DNA of 28,956 bases from Fonticula alba ATCC 38817 (taxonomy: Eukaryota; Protista; Nucleariida). Below the pieces are notes generated by a model that did no database searches, was not told where the DNA came from, and saw nothing but the letters and a program-made list of their open reading frames with translations. The stretch lies in assembly GCA_000388065.2 (NCBI GenBank), contig KB932205.1; one strand, written 5' to 3'. A program made the position numbers and the translations under genes. This document shows positions 1-9,812 of this stretch, piece after piece (position 1 is the first letter of the stretch; each line of letters starts with the position of its first letter).

Positions 1-42
1 CCCCCCCCCCGGCAAACAAACACCCCTCCTCGACCCATCCAG

Positions 43-614
43 CCTTCTGCGAGTCCATCAGCCTGCCGCACCCGCGGTCGATGTTCTTCCCCTCCACCGA
101 CTCGGGATCCCTCTCGCGTGGATCCTGTGCCCCGGGTCTCACTGGTCAGCCGGAGCTCTTCTGCAACGAGAGCGGTCAATGGGACTGGAGCAAGCTCAAG
201 GGGTCTTGTGAGTTCCGTACGTGCCTCCTCCTCCCCCCCCCCTCTTTTCCCGCCACACCGCTGTTGTCACTGTGTGTTCTTTTTTCTATGTTGCACCTTC
301 AACTGACATGCCTCCTCACCCCCCCCCCCTCCCCGCCCATGGTAGTGACTGGCGAGGGTGAGTTTATCAAGAATGTCAAACTCACCTCCATGGGTGGCTC
401 CTCGCTGGCTCTCTCGTGGAATGTGCCCGAGTCGCACGATCCCTCGTCCCCGACGCCGAACCTCTTCCTGGTGCAAATCTCCTCGGTGGAGGATCGAACC
501 TTCACCGATGCTCGGATCACCTGTGCGCCAGTGCCTTTGTGCCGCTTTCCCCGGACTTGTGGCCATCTGTTCGCTGACACCATGCCGACCTCTGCCCCCC
601 TGCCCCTCTCTCTC

Positions 615-659
<45 letters not shown>

Positions 660-3559
660 TTCTCTCCTTCTCTCTCTCTCCCTCCACTTGCCTCTCTGCT
701 CCTTGCAGATGAGCACAGCGCTGTCCTCACGGATCTATCACCACTCAGCCCGTATCGGATCCGGATCCTGCCCGCGCCATTGACCCTCTCGGCCAAGATG
801 CTCGCCGAGCCCGAGGAACAGCTGTACATGCCGTCCAATGCCGTGGAGCAGGCGGCTCAGTACTACGTCCGGACGGCGGCCGAGCCGCTGAACCGCTTCC
901 AGCCCGGCAGTCAGGTGCTGGATCTGCTCGCGCCGCGCCTGGGCATGGCCAAGTCCGGGCGGCTGGGTCTTCCAGCGCGTGAGATTGCTGGTCGTGCCGG
1001 CAAGGACAGCAAGGATGTCATGCTGGGCCCCAGCTGTGACGATGCGCCGCTCATCGATGGCGACCTGACCGGCATCTCGATTCTTCTGCGCCTCGGGTCT
1101 TCGCCCACCCCGCAGGCCAGCTTCGTGCGGGTGGTCATCCGTCAACAGTCGGCTCCTCAGCTGCCATACTCCTTCCCGGCCATCGCCCCGCCGGCGGACC
1201 ATGCGCCCGGCCCCGTCCAGACCGCTGCGACGCGCATCACTGCCCCCCGGGCCGAGGCTCTGGAGTCGGTCTTGCCCGATGGCCAGGCGGCCATCCTGTC
1301 CACCGACCGAGTGACCGCTGATGGGGAGCTCCTGCTGGACTTCGATCCGGCTGCGGCCGACGGCTTCGCCGAGTACATGATCATCACGGAGAGCAGTGCG
1401 TGCCTCGGGCGAGCCTCCCCCCTCCCCCCCNNNNNNNNNNNNNNNNNNNNNNNNNNNNNNNNNNNNNNNNNNNNNNNNNNNNNNNNNNNNNNNNNNNNNN
1501 NNNNNNNNNNNNNNNNNNNNNNNNNNNNNNNNNNNNNNNNNNNNNNNNNNNNNNNNNNNNNNNNNNNNNNNNNNNNNNNNNNNNNNNNNNNNNNNNNNNN
1601 NNNNNNNNNNNNNNNNNNNNNNNNNNNNNNNNNNNNNNNNNCCCCCCCCCCCGCCTCCCTGGTCCATCCTGTAGCCGAGTCTCTGCGCGTGTGTAACCTG
1701 TCACCGGGCTCGGTGTACGAAATCCGCGCCTTCTCCGGCATCAGCATGAGCCACTCGCCGTCGCCAGCGGACGAGTTCCTCCGGTCAACCGGCGACCCGG
1801 CCGGTCTTACGGTCAGCGGCCGGACCACCTCGGCCAAGCAAGACAACATCCTCTGGGAGACCGTCGGCCGGGTGGCCTTCATTGCCACGCAGTCGTGTCC
1901 CTCCGGGTGGTACACGGCCATCGACAAGAATGACCCGAATCGCGGGTACTGCGGCTCCTGCAGCTACATGTGCGCCGAGTGCGTCGGCCCGACGGTGGAC
2001 GATTGCACGGCCTGTGCCGCGGGCCTGGTCCTTGTCCGGCCTTCCTCCGGCTCCGGCGAGGGTAGCTCCTCGGGCCCCGGCAATGGCGGTGACCCCGGCC
2101 GGGGGACTTGCATCACCCCGGTGGCGCTGGCCACCTTCTTCCAGCAGCTGAACATCTTCGCCGTGGCGGTGGCCGTGTTGCTGTGGCTGCTGGCCGTGGT
2201 CATGGGGCTGGTGGCATACTCCAAGATGGCGCATGTGCCCATGTCCCTGGTGGCCGTGTGCCTGGCCCTGGCGGACTTTGCGCTGGGCATCTTCTTTGTG
2301 CTCTTGGGCCATGCGCGGTCCTGGCCCACCGGCATCCGGCCAGACAATTTGTCCAGCCCGAGCAGCGGCCCGGACGATGGGCTCGGCAGCGACGACATGC
2401 AGGGGAACTTCCTGTCGGAGGAAACCTCCCTGGTGTCGGCGCCGCACTCGCTGGCCATGGGGCTGCTGCTGGGGCTGTCGCTCTTCGGCGGTGCCTTCTT
2501 CGGTCTGATTCAAGTGCGCAAGGTGACCAACTTGGATTCCAAGTGGGCGCGGCAGAACCACGCCGCCGCGGCGGCCGTGGCCCTGCTCACCGGCATGAGT
2601 CCGTATGCCATTTTGGTGCTCGGCTGCCGGCTCTTCGGGCTGGATCTGCTGTCGGCCAAGTTGACCCCGGCCATTCGCCGGGGGACTGCCATTGGGGCAT
2701 TGATTGTCCTGGGAGCCGGGACCTGGCTGCGGGCCGGCGTTTGCGTGGACTACCTCTTCCGGGTGGCCCTGCGCTCGCGCGTCGTCCGCCAGGGGGATGT
2801 GTCGCTGCTGTCCAAGACCCTGGACGAGCCGGCCGCCGTGCCGGTCCTGCTGCTGGTGTCGGCTGGCATGCTGACGGCCGTGGTCCTGTGGCAGAGCCTG
2901 GTGTTGATCTGGTCGCGGGGCATCATCGAGCAGGATCTCCCACCGGGTGGCTCCGGCGGGGCCTATACCCAGATGGGGACTCTCCGTAAGGAGCACAGTC
3001 TGGAGGAGGAGGCGGCCGCCGCGGCCCTCACCACCTGTTCGGAGGTGAGCCAGTCGTATGGCGCCCCGGGTGACTGCTTGGCAGCTCCCGCGACAGCGGC
3101 CAGCAGCCGGGCCCCGTCGCCGCAGCCAGCCTCTCCCGGGCCCTCTTCCCCTCCGCCAGTGGCCGCTGGCTGGCAGTTTGCCCCTCCCCGCGCAGTGTGT
3201 CCTTCGATATGTCGGCCGAGTCGGCGCCCGCGGAGTGTCTAACCCCCGGGTCGCCGCCACCGGCTCCGCCGCCTCGTGTCCGGCCTCAAGGCCCGGCCAT
3301 CACCATCAATGACGAGATGGTCGACCCGGCCACTGGCAGGCCCACCGGCCAGCCGCATGTCACCCTCTCCCGGTCGGCGTCCGATCAGTCGGACAACATC
3401 CCCCAAGCTCAAGCCGGACATCTGCTGCACAGCCCGCGGGCCGGGTCTTCGCGCGCCTCCTCCATCACTTCCCCCTTGCGCCATGGATCGTGGCTGGTAC
3501 CGCCATCCCTGCCGGGTGATGGTACTGGCGCTGTGTCGACGGACGAATTCGATGCCTAG
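43..3559 (+). CDS. 5'-partial multidomain membrane protein: sushi/CCP-like module, at least 2 FN3-like modules, a furin-like Cys repeat, ~6 TM helices and a Pro/Ser-rich cytoplasmic tail
   Basis: Exons inferred: 43-216 (acceptor catccag at 42), 346-522, 709-1395, 1675-~3045, then a frame change into the 3197-3559 frame (ends STDEFDA*). Introns: 217-345 (GTACGT..TAG, ctgac branch), 523-708 (GTGCGC..CAG, CT tract), 1396-1674 (contains the gap). Motifs: C...GSCAPGLTGQPELFCNESGQWDW..C (sushi-like); LTDLSPLSPYRIRI and VCNLSPGSVYEIRAF (FN3-like); CPSGWY..CGSCSYMCAECVGPTVDDCTAC (furin-like); six hydrophobic segments at ~2150-2915. The 3' junction is unresolved. Confidence 0.75.
606..680 (+). repeat. 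(CT)n microsatellite in intron 523-708
   Basis: Interrupted CT dinucleotide run read directly from the sequence. Confidence 0.95.
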
Positions 3560-3778
3560 TCAGGCATATTCCTCACACACACACCCTCCTTCCCTGCCCT
3601 GCTGGCTGTCGTCTCGAACAAGACCAGGCGTGCGAGTCCCTTCTTCTGCCTTCTCCTCTACCCTGCCACTTCTTGGCGCCCCCCCCCCCCCCTTTCAGGG
3701 CCAATCAACTGCTTCACATCTATGCCCGTCCTTGTGTCGTGGGGGCACGCCCATGTCGTCCCCCCCCCCTCCCCTTCC

Positions 3779-3784
3779 AATAAA
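3779..3784 (+). terminator. Candidate polyadenylation signal AATAAA for the membrane-protein gene
   Basis: AATAAA ~220 nt after the TAG at 3559; the hexamer is rare in this GC-rich sequence. Confidence 0.5.
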
Positions 3785-3817
3785 TGGATTTGTTCTTTGT
3801 TCACCAGAGCCCTCTCT

Positions 3818-3818
<1 letters not shown>

Positions 3819-3856
<38 letters not shown>
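3819..3856 (+). repeat. (CA)19 microsatellite
   Basis: Direct read; lies between two convergent genes. Confidence 0.95.
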
Positions 3857-3861
<5 letters not shown>

Positions 3862-4156
3862 ATAAGCCTGCACGCTGGCAGACGAGAGGGAGGGTGGATA
3901 TGGGAATTGATGTCTATTGAGTCCTCCTCGCCTCGGTGGAGGGGAAGAATGGATATGAAGGGGGAGGGGAGCGGAGAAGAGGGCCGGGGTAAAATTACAC
4001 AAGGGGAAAGGCGGGAAAGGGGGACTCCGCGCCGAGGGGAGAGGGGGCCGCGACCGACTGGGGCGCAGGCAAGAGAAAAGGAAGAAGAAAGGGGAGGGCA
4101 GGCGAATCAAGGCGCCGGGAACACCCACAGAAGGGCGCACGCAAAGCCGCACATTC

Positions 4157-4192
4157 GCCCGCCCGCCCGCCCGTCCGTCCGTCCGTCCGTCC
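4157..4192 (+). repeat. Compound tetranucleotide repeat (GCCC)4(GTCC)5
   Basis: Direct read. Confidence 0.9.
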
Positions 4193-4250
4193 GCATTACC
4201 CAAGCTCCATGAGGCAAGAGTAACGGGACGTAGGTGGATGGATCGGGGCG

Positions 4251-4289
4251 AGCAGCAGCAGCAGCAGCAGCAACAGCAACAGCAGCAAC
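4251..4289 (-). repeat. Interrupted (CTG/TTG)13 trinucleotide repeat just downstream of the SAS10 stop
   Basis: The plus strand reads (AGC)7 AAC AGC AAC AGC AGC AAC. Confidence 0.9.
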
Positions 4290-4344
4290 ATGTGGCACAG
4301 AGAAAGCACACCCCTGGGGTGAAAGGAATACACGCAAGGGCAGA

Positions 4345-6166
4345 TCAATCGCTGTCGCTGTCATCGAACTGGACAAAGTCCGACTTACGCAGGGCGCCTC
4401 CGCGCCGAGTCGAGCCCCTCGGCGCAGCCTCGCCGTCGTCATCCTCATCGCCGGTCTCCTCGTCGCCGTCGCTGTCCAGGTCATCGTCCAGATCGTCGGC
4501 CGTCAGCAGGGCATCCTCATCCTCGTCGCCAGCGCCATCGGAAGCCGAGTCGGCATCCTCCTCGTCGCTGCTGGAGCCGAGCTCCTCGTCGTCGACATCC
4601 GGCGCGGCCAGCTCGGTGTTGGTGGCCGCCGCGTAGATGGCCTTCACCTGCGCGGCGTACTTCACCTCCAGCGCCTCGAGCTTCTCCAGACGCTGACGCA
4701 GCTGCAGCAGGCGCTCAACCACCGGGTGCTCCTGAATGCGCACATAGCTGGCATCCATCGACGAGCGGAGGTGGAAGTAAAAGCCAAGGTTCATCAGGTA
4801 GGAGAGGAGAATCTCTGTGGTCGTGGGGGACGGGAGGGGAGAAGCGAACAGAAGGAACGGTTAGACACCGAGCACGCCAGACCGGATGGCCCTTCACACC
4901 GGACGACCGAATGGCCTCCTCCGGTCGGGCCGACGTCAGGACAATAGCAGGAGCCCCAAGCACGCACGATACTTCACCTGAATGATGCTGGGAGTGGAGG
5001 GGCCGTCCGTAGACTGGGCCATGGCATCGACCGCGGGCTTCAGCACACTAATGGCCTCCTCATGGAAGTCCCGGAACTCGGAAATCAGCCCGGCCAGCTC
5101 CGGCGCGTGGCGGTGCACCAGGGCCCGGAGCTGATCCGGAGTCACGTCCACCGGGTCGACCTCAAGCGTGTCANNNNNNNNNNNNNNNNNNNNNNNNNNN
5201 NNNNNNNNNNNNNNNNNNNNNNNNNNNNNNNNNNNNNNNNNNNNNNNNNNNNNNNNNNNNNNNNNNNNNNNNNNNNNNNNNNNNNNNNNNNNNNNNNNNN
5301 NNNNNNNNNNNNNNNNNNNNNNNNNNNNNNNNNNNNNNNNNNNNNNNNNNNNNNNNNNNNNNNNNNNNNNNNNNNNNNNNNNNNNNNNNNNNNNNNNNNN
5401 NNNNNNNNNNNNNNNNNNNNNNNNNNNNNNNNNNNNNNNNNNNNNNNNNNNNNNNNNNNNNNNNNNNNNNNNNNNNNNGGGGGCGAGGGTCAGTCGCGAG
5501 TCAGGACCCAACCCCAAACGCGTGTATACTCATGTGCGTATGCATATACGCATGTGTGTATGTGCGGGGAGGAGGGGCGGGCGGATGAAGAGGAAAGCTG
5601 GCGCAGGACGTACCGGCATCAAAATCGTCCTCCTTCTTGGAGGCGGGCTTGCGAGTCTCACTCTCATCGTAGCCGTAGAAGTCCTTGCGAGACTTACCCC
5701 AAGCACGCGCAGAGAGGGCCTCCTCGTCGGAGTCCGAGTTGTCCGAAGGATCAAAGGGATCGTCATCAGCCTCGGCGGGGGCAGACTCTGGAGGGGCAGC
5801 GGGGCAAAGAGGTGCGAGGCGTCAGCGAGCGAGCGAGCAAGGGAGAGAGAGAGGGGGGGGGCGCGCGCCGAGGCGCAGCAATGTCGATAAAGAAGACGCA
5901 CTCTTTGCCTTTTTGGCAGCCTTCTTCCCCTTGGCCGGGGCGGCCACCGGCAGGTCGGCATCGGAGTCGGCATCGCTGCTCGGCAGGTCAAGGTCGAAGA
6001 CCGGCTCATCCAGGATGGCCAGATCCTCGTCCTGAGCTGTGGACAGGGGCGTGTTAGCATGGACAAATGGCAGGAACTGCATGGGAGGTGCGTACAGGCG
6101 CGCACACGTGCACGTACACATATCGAAGTGGCGCTTGTTTGCGCGGTTCTTCTTGGCGGAGAGCAT
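4345..6166 (-). CDS. SAS10: SSU processome protein Sas10/Utp3, apparently lacking the C-terminal Sas10 domain
   Basis: Exons: 6166-6118, 6036-5902, 5787-5614, [gap 5174-5478], 5173-4968, 4814-4345. All visible junctions are GT..AG and phase-compatible. Motifs: AWGKSRKDFYGYD (Utp3 N-terminal WG..K..YY-type motif); APELAGLISEF and KYQILLSYLMNLGFYFHLR..IQEHPVVERLLQLRQRLEKL (Sas10/Utp3/C1D domain); acidic tracts. ATG context is ccaccATG. Confidence 0.85.
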
Positions 6167-6411
6167 GGTGGCGTAGGGCAGAAAGGGAGAGGATGAAAGG
6201 GGGTGGGGGACCGGTGATTCCCGGAACGGCGACGAAAGCGACAGGGAGCGAGAGGACGGGAGGGGGAAGGGAGAGCGGCGTGGACTGCGAAAAGAAGGCG
6301 GGGAGAGGCAGGAGGAGAGGGGAGGGAGCTGGTATCGCGCGCAGATGGTCCCGCGCCGATGTGCATGGTGCCCGAAAGAGGTACTCAGGCGGGTGCGATC
6401 GCTGGCCCTGG

Positions 6412-6447
6412 TACGCGCAAAAAAAAAAAAAAAGAAAAAAGGCGCGG
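6412..6447. promoter_or_regulatory. Poly(dA:dT) tract flanked by CGCG motifs upstream of SAS10 (candidate nucleosome-depleted promoter element)
   Basis: TACGCGC-A15-G-A6-GGCGCGG ~250 nt upstream of the SAS10 ATG; the longest A tract in the window. Confidence 0.45.
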
Positions 6448-7031
6448 AAGATCTTCTCCCCTACTCTCCCCACGGCCGCGCCGCCGACTCTTTCCCGGCC
6501 GTGTGCGTGCATGTGCGTGTGCGTGTGCACTCTGCACGGCTGACCACCTCTGCCACCCGTCCGGGCCTCCCTCTCTATGCAGCAGGGCCGCTCCCCAACG
6601 CGGCCCGCGCGGAGGGGACCAGGCCGCCCCCTCCAGCCAGCGCGCCCGGGCCCGGTCGCTTGGGCCCCGCCAGCATGGGTGGCCTCAGTGGTCCACGCAC
6701 AGGGGACGGCGGCGGCCATGCGAAGAACGCACGTGATGAGCACATCCGGCGGGAGCTGTGCTCAAAGGGGCGATGCGGTGGGAGGTGATCCGCCGGCCAA
6801 TCGGACCCGGCTTCGGGGCAGGGGGGCGGGGCGCAGAGATACAGAGACACCAGGGAGGGAGTAGTGTATATTGTCCAAGGACGGGGAGAGACTGTGAAGC
6901 GAGAGACGTCCAGGCCAGGGAGCAGGGCAGCATGGTGGAGACGAAGGGCGGAAGGAAGGGGCGGGCGGACGGGCGGACGAAATGAGGAGGGAGGCAAGGG
7001 GTCCGGCAGGGACAACACCGCGGAGGCCTCT

Positions 7032-8120
7032 CTACGCGCTGTTCTCGGCACAGATCTGGCGGAGGCGGAGCAGGAGAGGAAGGCAGGGGGGAGGGGGAGG
7101 GCGAGCGTGCGAGGTCAGTACCGGGAGGGGGTGGGGCGAAGGGGGGAGAGCAGTGGCGGCGATGGTCTTGGTGTTGGCGACAGCAGGAGCAAGCGCAGTG
7201 CCGGGCAGGTACCTTGTCGGCGGCCTCGAGCGAAGCGATCAGGGTGTCCAGCTCCTGGGGGCCCAGCTCCAGAAGGGCCCCCTGCTCGGCGGAGTTCGGA
7301 GACACGAGGTTCAGGCTGAGGCGCACAAGGGAGGCGTGGTGGATCTTGTCGACCGCCGGGAAGACCACGGCCTGCAGTCGGAGGATGGGGGGGTTCATGT
7401 CGGTGTCAGGGCCGGGGAGCCAAATGCACGGGGGAGAGAAGGCGCCGGGGAGAGGAGACATGCAACTAGAGGAGCAGGCGACGGGCGCGCCCGAGGGATT
7501 GAGGAAGACGCACGCGATGCTCCCAGTCGAAGTCACGGAGCTGCAGGCTTCCGGTCACGGTGGCCGGAGTCACCAGGGCCGCGGAGGTTGGGACATACTC
7601 CTGCCGGCGCGAGCAGATAGACCGGGCCAGGAGCTTGAGCGAGTCATTCGAAAGAATGCCCGGGCCGCTGTAGAAGGCAACAGCCAGGCCGAGGAACTGG
7701 GCCGAGGGAGAGGAAGGTCGTGCGGAGTGGGGGGGGGGGGGGGNNNNNNNNNNATGGCTGGCAGGGCAGCAGCAGGAGCGCGCACGTCCGCATCGGAGGA
7801 GGCCGCAGGGATGGTGTTGAGGCAGAGGCGCATGGTGTCCACAAGGCAATCGATCAGCTGGAAAACCTGGCCCACGGAGTACTCCTGCGAGAGCAGGTGC
7901 ATCGGGGAGGGCATCGCGTGGCCGAGGACAACATGGTCCAGGAGAGCGTGCACGAACTGGGGTCATTCGGGGACGGAGAGGGAGGAGGAGTGAGCGGACC
8001 ACCTGGGAGACGCGATCAAGACGGACAAACAACCACACGCACCTGCTCGATGTTTTCGGCTTGGGTCTCGACCAGGAGATTCAGCAGGGCATGCTGCTCC
8101 CAGACCTTCGGTGAGACCAT
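7032..8120 (-). CDS. COMMD8: COMM-domain protein 8 (CCC/Commander subunit), ~204 aa
   Basis: Exons: 8120-8043, 7956-7786, 7696-7514, 7371-7213, 7055-7032, all phase 0, 615 nt in total. LQLRDFDWEHR...LLELGPQELDTLIASLEAADK matches the COMMD8 C-terminus as recalled (LQDFDW...MSREELQNLIQSLEAANK). FVHALLDHVV resembles the N-terminal LLHKIIDGIC. Confidence 0.8.
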
Positions 8121-8798
8121 CCCCTGATCGGGGATGGAAAGAGACCCTGGCTGCTCGGACATGAAAGGTAGTAGAGGGGGGAGGGGGAGAAAGAGAGGAG
8201 GAGGAGGAGGAGGGGGGAGGGGGGGGGGAGGTGGTGGTGGGTGGAGCTGCCCTGACGGCTGGCACCGATGTGGAAGAGGGGCCCCCGAACAAGGGCTCGG
8301 CGGGGGGAGGGGGGGCCAATCGGCTTCGCCTCATCCGTGTGCCAGTCGGGGGGGGGGCGCTGATGCTCGACAAAGGATGCCGGTTCTGTGGCCTGTGGAC
8401 CGGAGGGGGCGGGGCGGGGATGGGCCGGCGGGAGATGAAAACAACCGGAGCGGCCGCCTCACTGCTCCTCGGGCATGTGATGCTCTTGCACGCCTGTAAA
8501 GCCGGACATCGCGTGACCACCTCGACTTGCCCGAGACTGCGGAATGCCCGCCCGGCACTTTTTTTGATCCCCGGGTTGTCGCCGCCGCCGCTGCGTCTGG
8601 GGGCGGGGCGAAAGGAAAAAGACCACCCCTCCGGGGAGAGACCGCGGCCGCCCGGCCCCCAGGGGCCGACCGACGCGCATGACGATGTCTTCCCCAGGCG
8701 CCGGAGAAAGGGGGCCAGAAGCCGGCCCAGGCATGCGGCCGTGCACTGTTGCCCTCACTGAGGGGCGAAACAGAGCGCGAGTGAGAGGCAAGAGGGCA

Positions 8799-8828
8799 GG
8801 GGGGGGGGGGGGGGGGGGGGGGGGGGGG
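8799..8828 (+). repeat. Poly-G homopolymer (at least 30 nt) running into an assembly gap
   Basis: Direct read. Confidence 0.9.
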
Positions 8829-9334
8829 NNNNNNNNNNNNNNNNNNNNNNNNNNNNNNNNNNNNNNNNNNNNNNNNNNNNNNNNNNNNNNNNNNNNNNNN
8901 NNNNNNNNNNNNNNNNNNNNNNNNNNNNNNNNNNNNNNNNNNNNNNNNNNNNNNNNNNNNNNNNNNNNNNNNNNNNNNNNNNNNNNNNNNNNNNNNNNNN
9001 NNNNNNNNNNNNNNNNNNNNNNNNNNNNNNNNNNNNNNNNNNNNNNNNNNNNNNNNNNNNNNNNNNNNNNNNNNNNNNNNNNNNNNNNNNNNNNNNNNNN
9101 NNNNNNNNNNNNNNNNNNNNNNNNNNNNNNNNNNNNNNNNNNNNNNNNNNNNNNNNNNNNNNNNNNNNNNNNNNNNNNNNNNNNNNNNNNNNNNNNNNNN
9201 NNNNNNNNNNNNNNNNNNNNNNNNNNNNNNNNNNNNNNNNNNNNNNNNNNNNNNNNNNNNNNNNNNNNNNNNNNNNNNNNNNNNNNNNNNNNNNNNNNNN
9301 NNNNNNNNNNNNNTCTGGCCCGTCCTCCCAACAG

Positions 9335-9601
9335 CACTCCCAATTCGAGGCGATGTCCAACCAGATCATCGGCAAGAGTACGTCCGCGCGGCTGTCCCTC
9401 CTTCCTCTTCTTTTCTTCTTGCTCCTCCCCAAGCTCCCCCGCCATCCCCTGGTGTTGTCGAGCTCGCTGGCCTCTGACACTCCGCCACCAGTCGACGGCA
9501 TGAACGACCGCCTGAACGAGCTGGAGAAGTCCCTCCAGACCCTGATGGAGCAGGCCGACGCTGCTGCCGCCGCGCAGGGCACCAACAACGGTGACAACTA
9601 A
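9335..9601 (+). CDS. HSBP1: Heat shock factor-binding protein 1 (coiled-coil microprotein, WASH assembly factor); 5' exon(s) probably in gap 8829-9313
   Basis: Exons 9335-9377 and 9492-9601; intron 9378-9491 (GTACGT..CAG, ctgac branch). The spliced product SQFEAMSNQIIGKIDGMNDRLNELEKSLQTLMEQA matches HSBP1 as recalled ([34 protein letters not shown]). Confidence 0.88.
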   Translation, partial: HSQFEAMSNQIIGKSTSARLSLLPLLFFLLLPKLPRHPLVLSSSLASDTPPPVDGMNDRLNELEKSLQTLMEQADAAAAAQGTNNGDN

Positions 9602-9696
9602 GTACCCACCTCCGCTCGCTTGGTCGCCGGCCAGGGAGGTAACCCCTCACTTTGCTGTCCCCTTGCCCGGCGTTTCATCTTTCCCCCTCACATACA

Positions 9697-9710
9697 CGCG
9701 CGCGCGCGCG
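9697..9710. repeat. (CG)7 alternating repeat
   Basis: Direct read; lies between the convergent HSBP1 and DRAP1 stops. Confidence 0.9.
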
Positions 9711-9740
9711 CTGTTTCTCCGTCCGTCATTGCTGTGCCCC

Positions 9741-9746
9741 AATAAA
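9741..9746 (+). terminator. Candidate polyadenylation signal AATAAA for HSBP1
   Basis: AATAAA 140 nt after the HSBP1 TAA. Confidence 0.5.
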
Positions 9747-9812
9747 TACCCGAAAATGTGAGCCACCACCGAGGCACTTCCGTGATGGCAGGGGGGGGCT
9801 TTCATTTTTGCT

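Noticed and set aside
2255-2300. LALADF as a class A GPCR TM2 motif
   Set aside because: No DRY, CWxP or NPxxY equivalents, and only about six helices are evident.
1785-3260. 491-aa minus-strand ORF, and similar long opposite-strand ORFs at 4234-4947, 9844-10857, 14866-15621, 15834-17135, 18831-20981 and 21317-22906
   Set aside because: Antisense shadows of real high-GC3 genes, or ORFs extended through N gaps; no recognisable domains.
4383-4388. GTAAGT as a donor that could rescue the SAS10 C-terminal domain
   Set aside because: No downstream acceptor plus basic Sas10-type exon exists before the convergent gene, the codons after it look coding, and +4A donors are otherwise absent here.
4238-4636. 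Poly-Gln/poly-Ser ORF on the plus strand
   Set aside because: Produced by the CAG microsatellite and the antisense of the SAS10 acidic tract.
8679-8760. ATG at 8679 as the HSBP1 start
   Set aside because: The translation does not resemble the HSBP1 N-terminus and no typical donor follows; the true first exon is probably in the gap.
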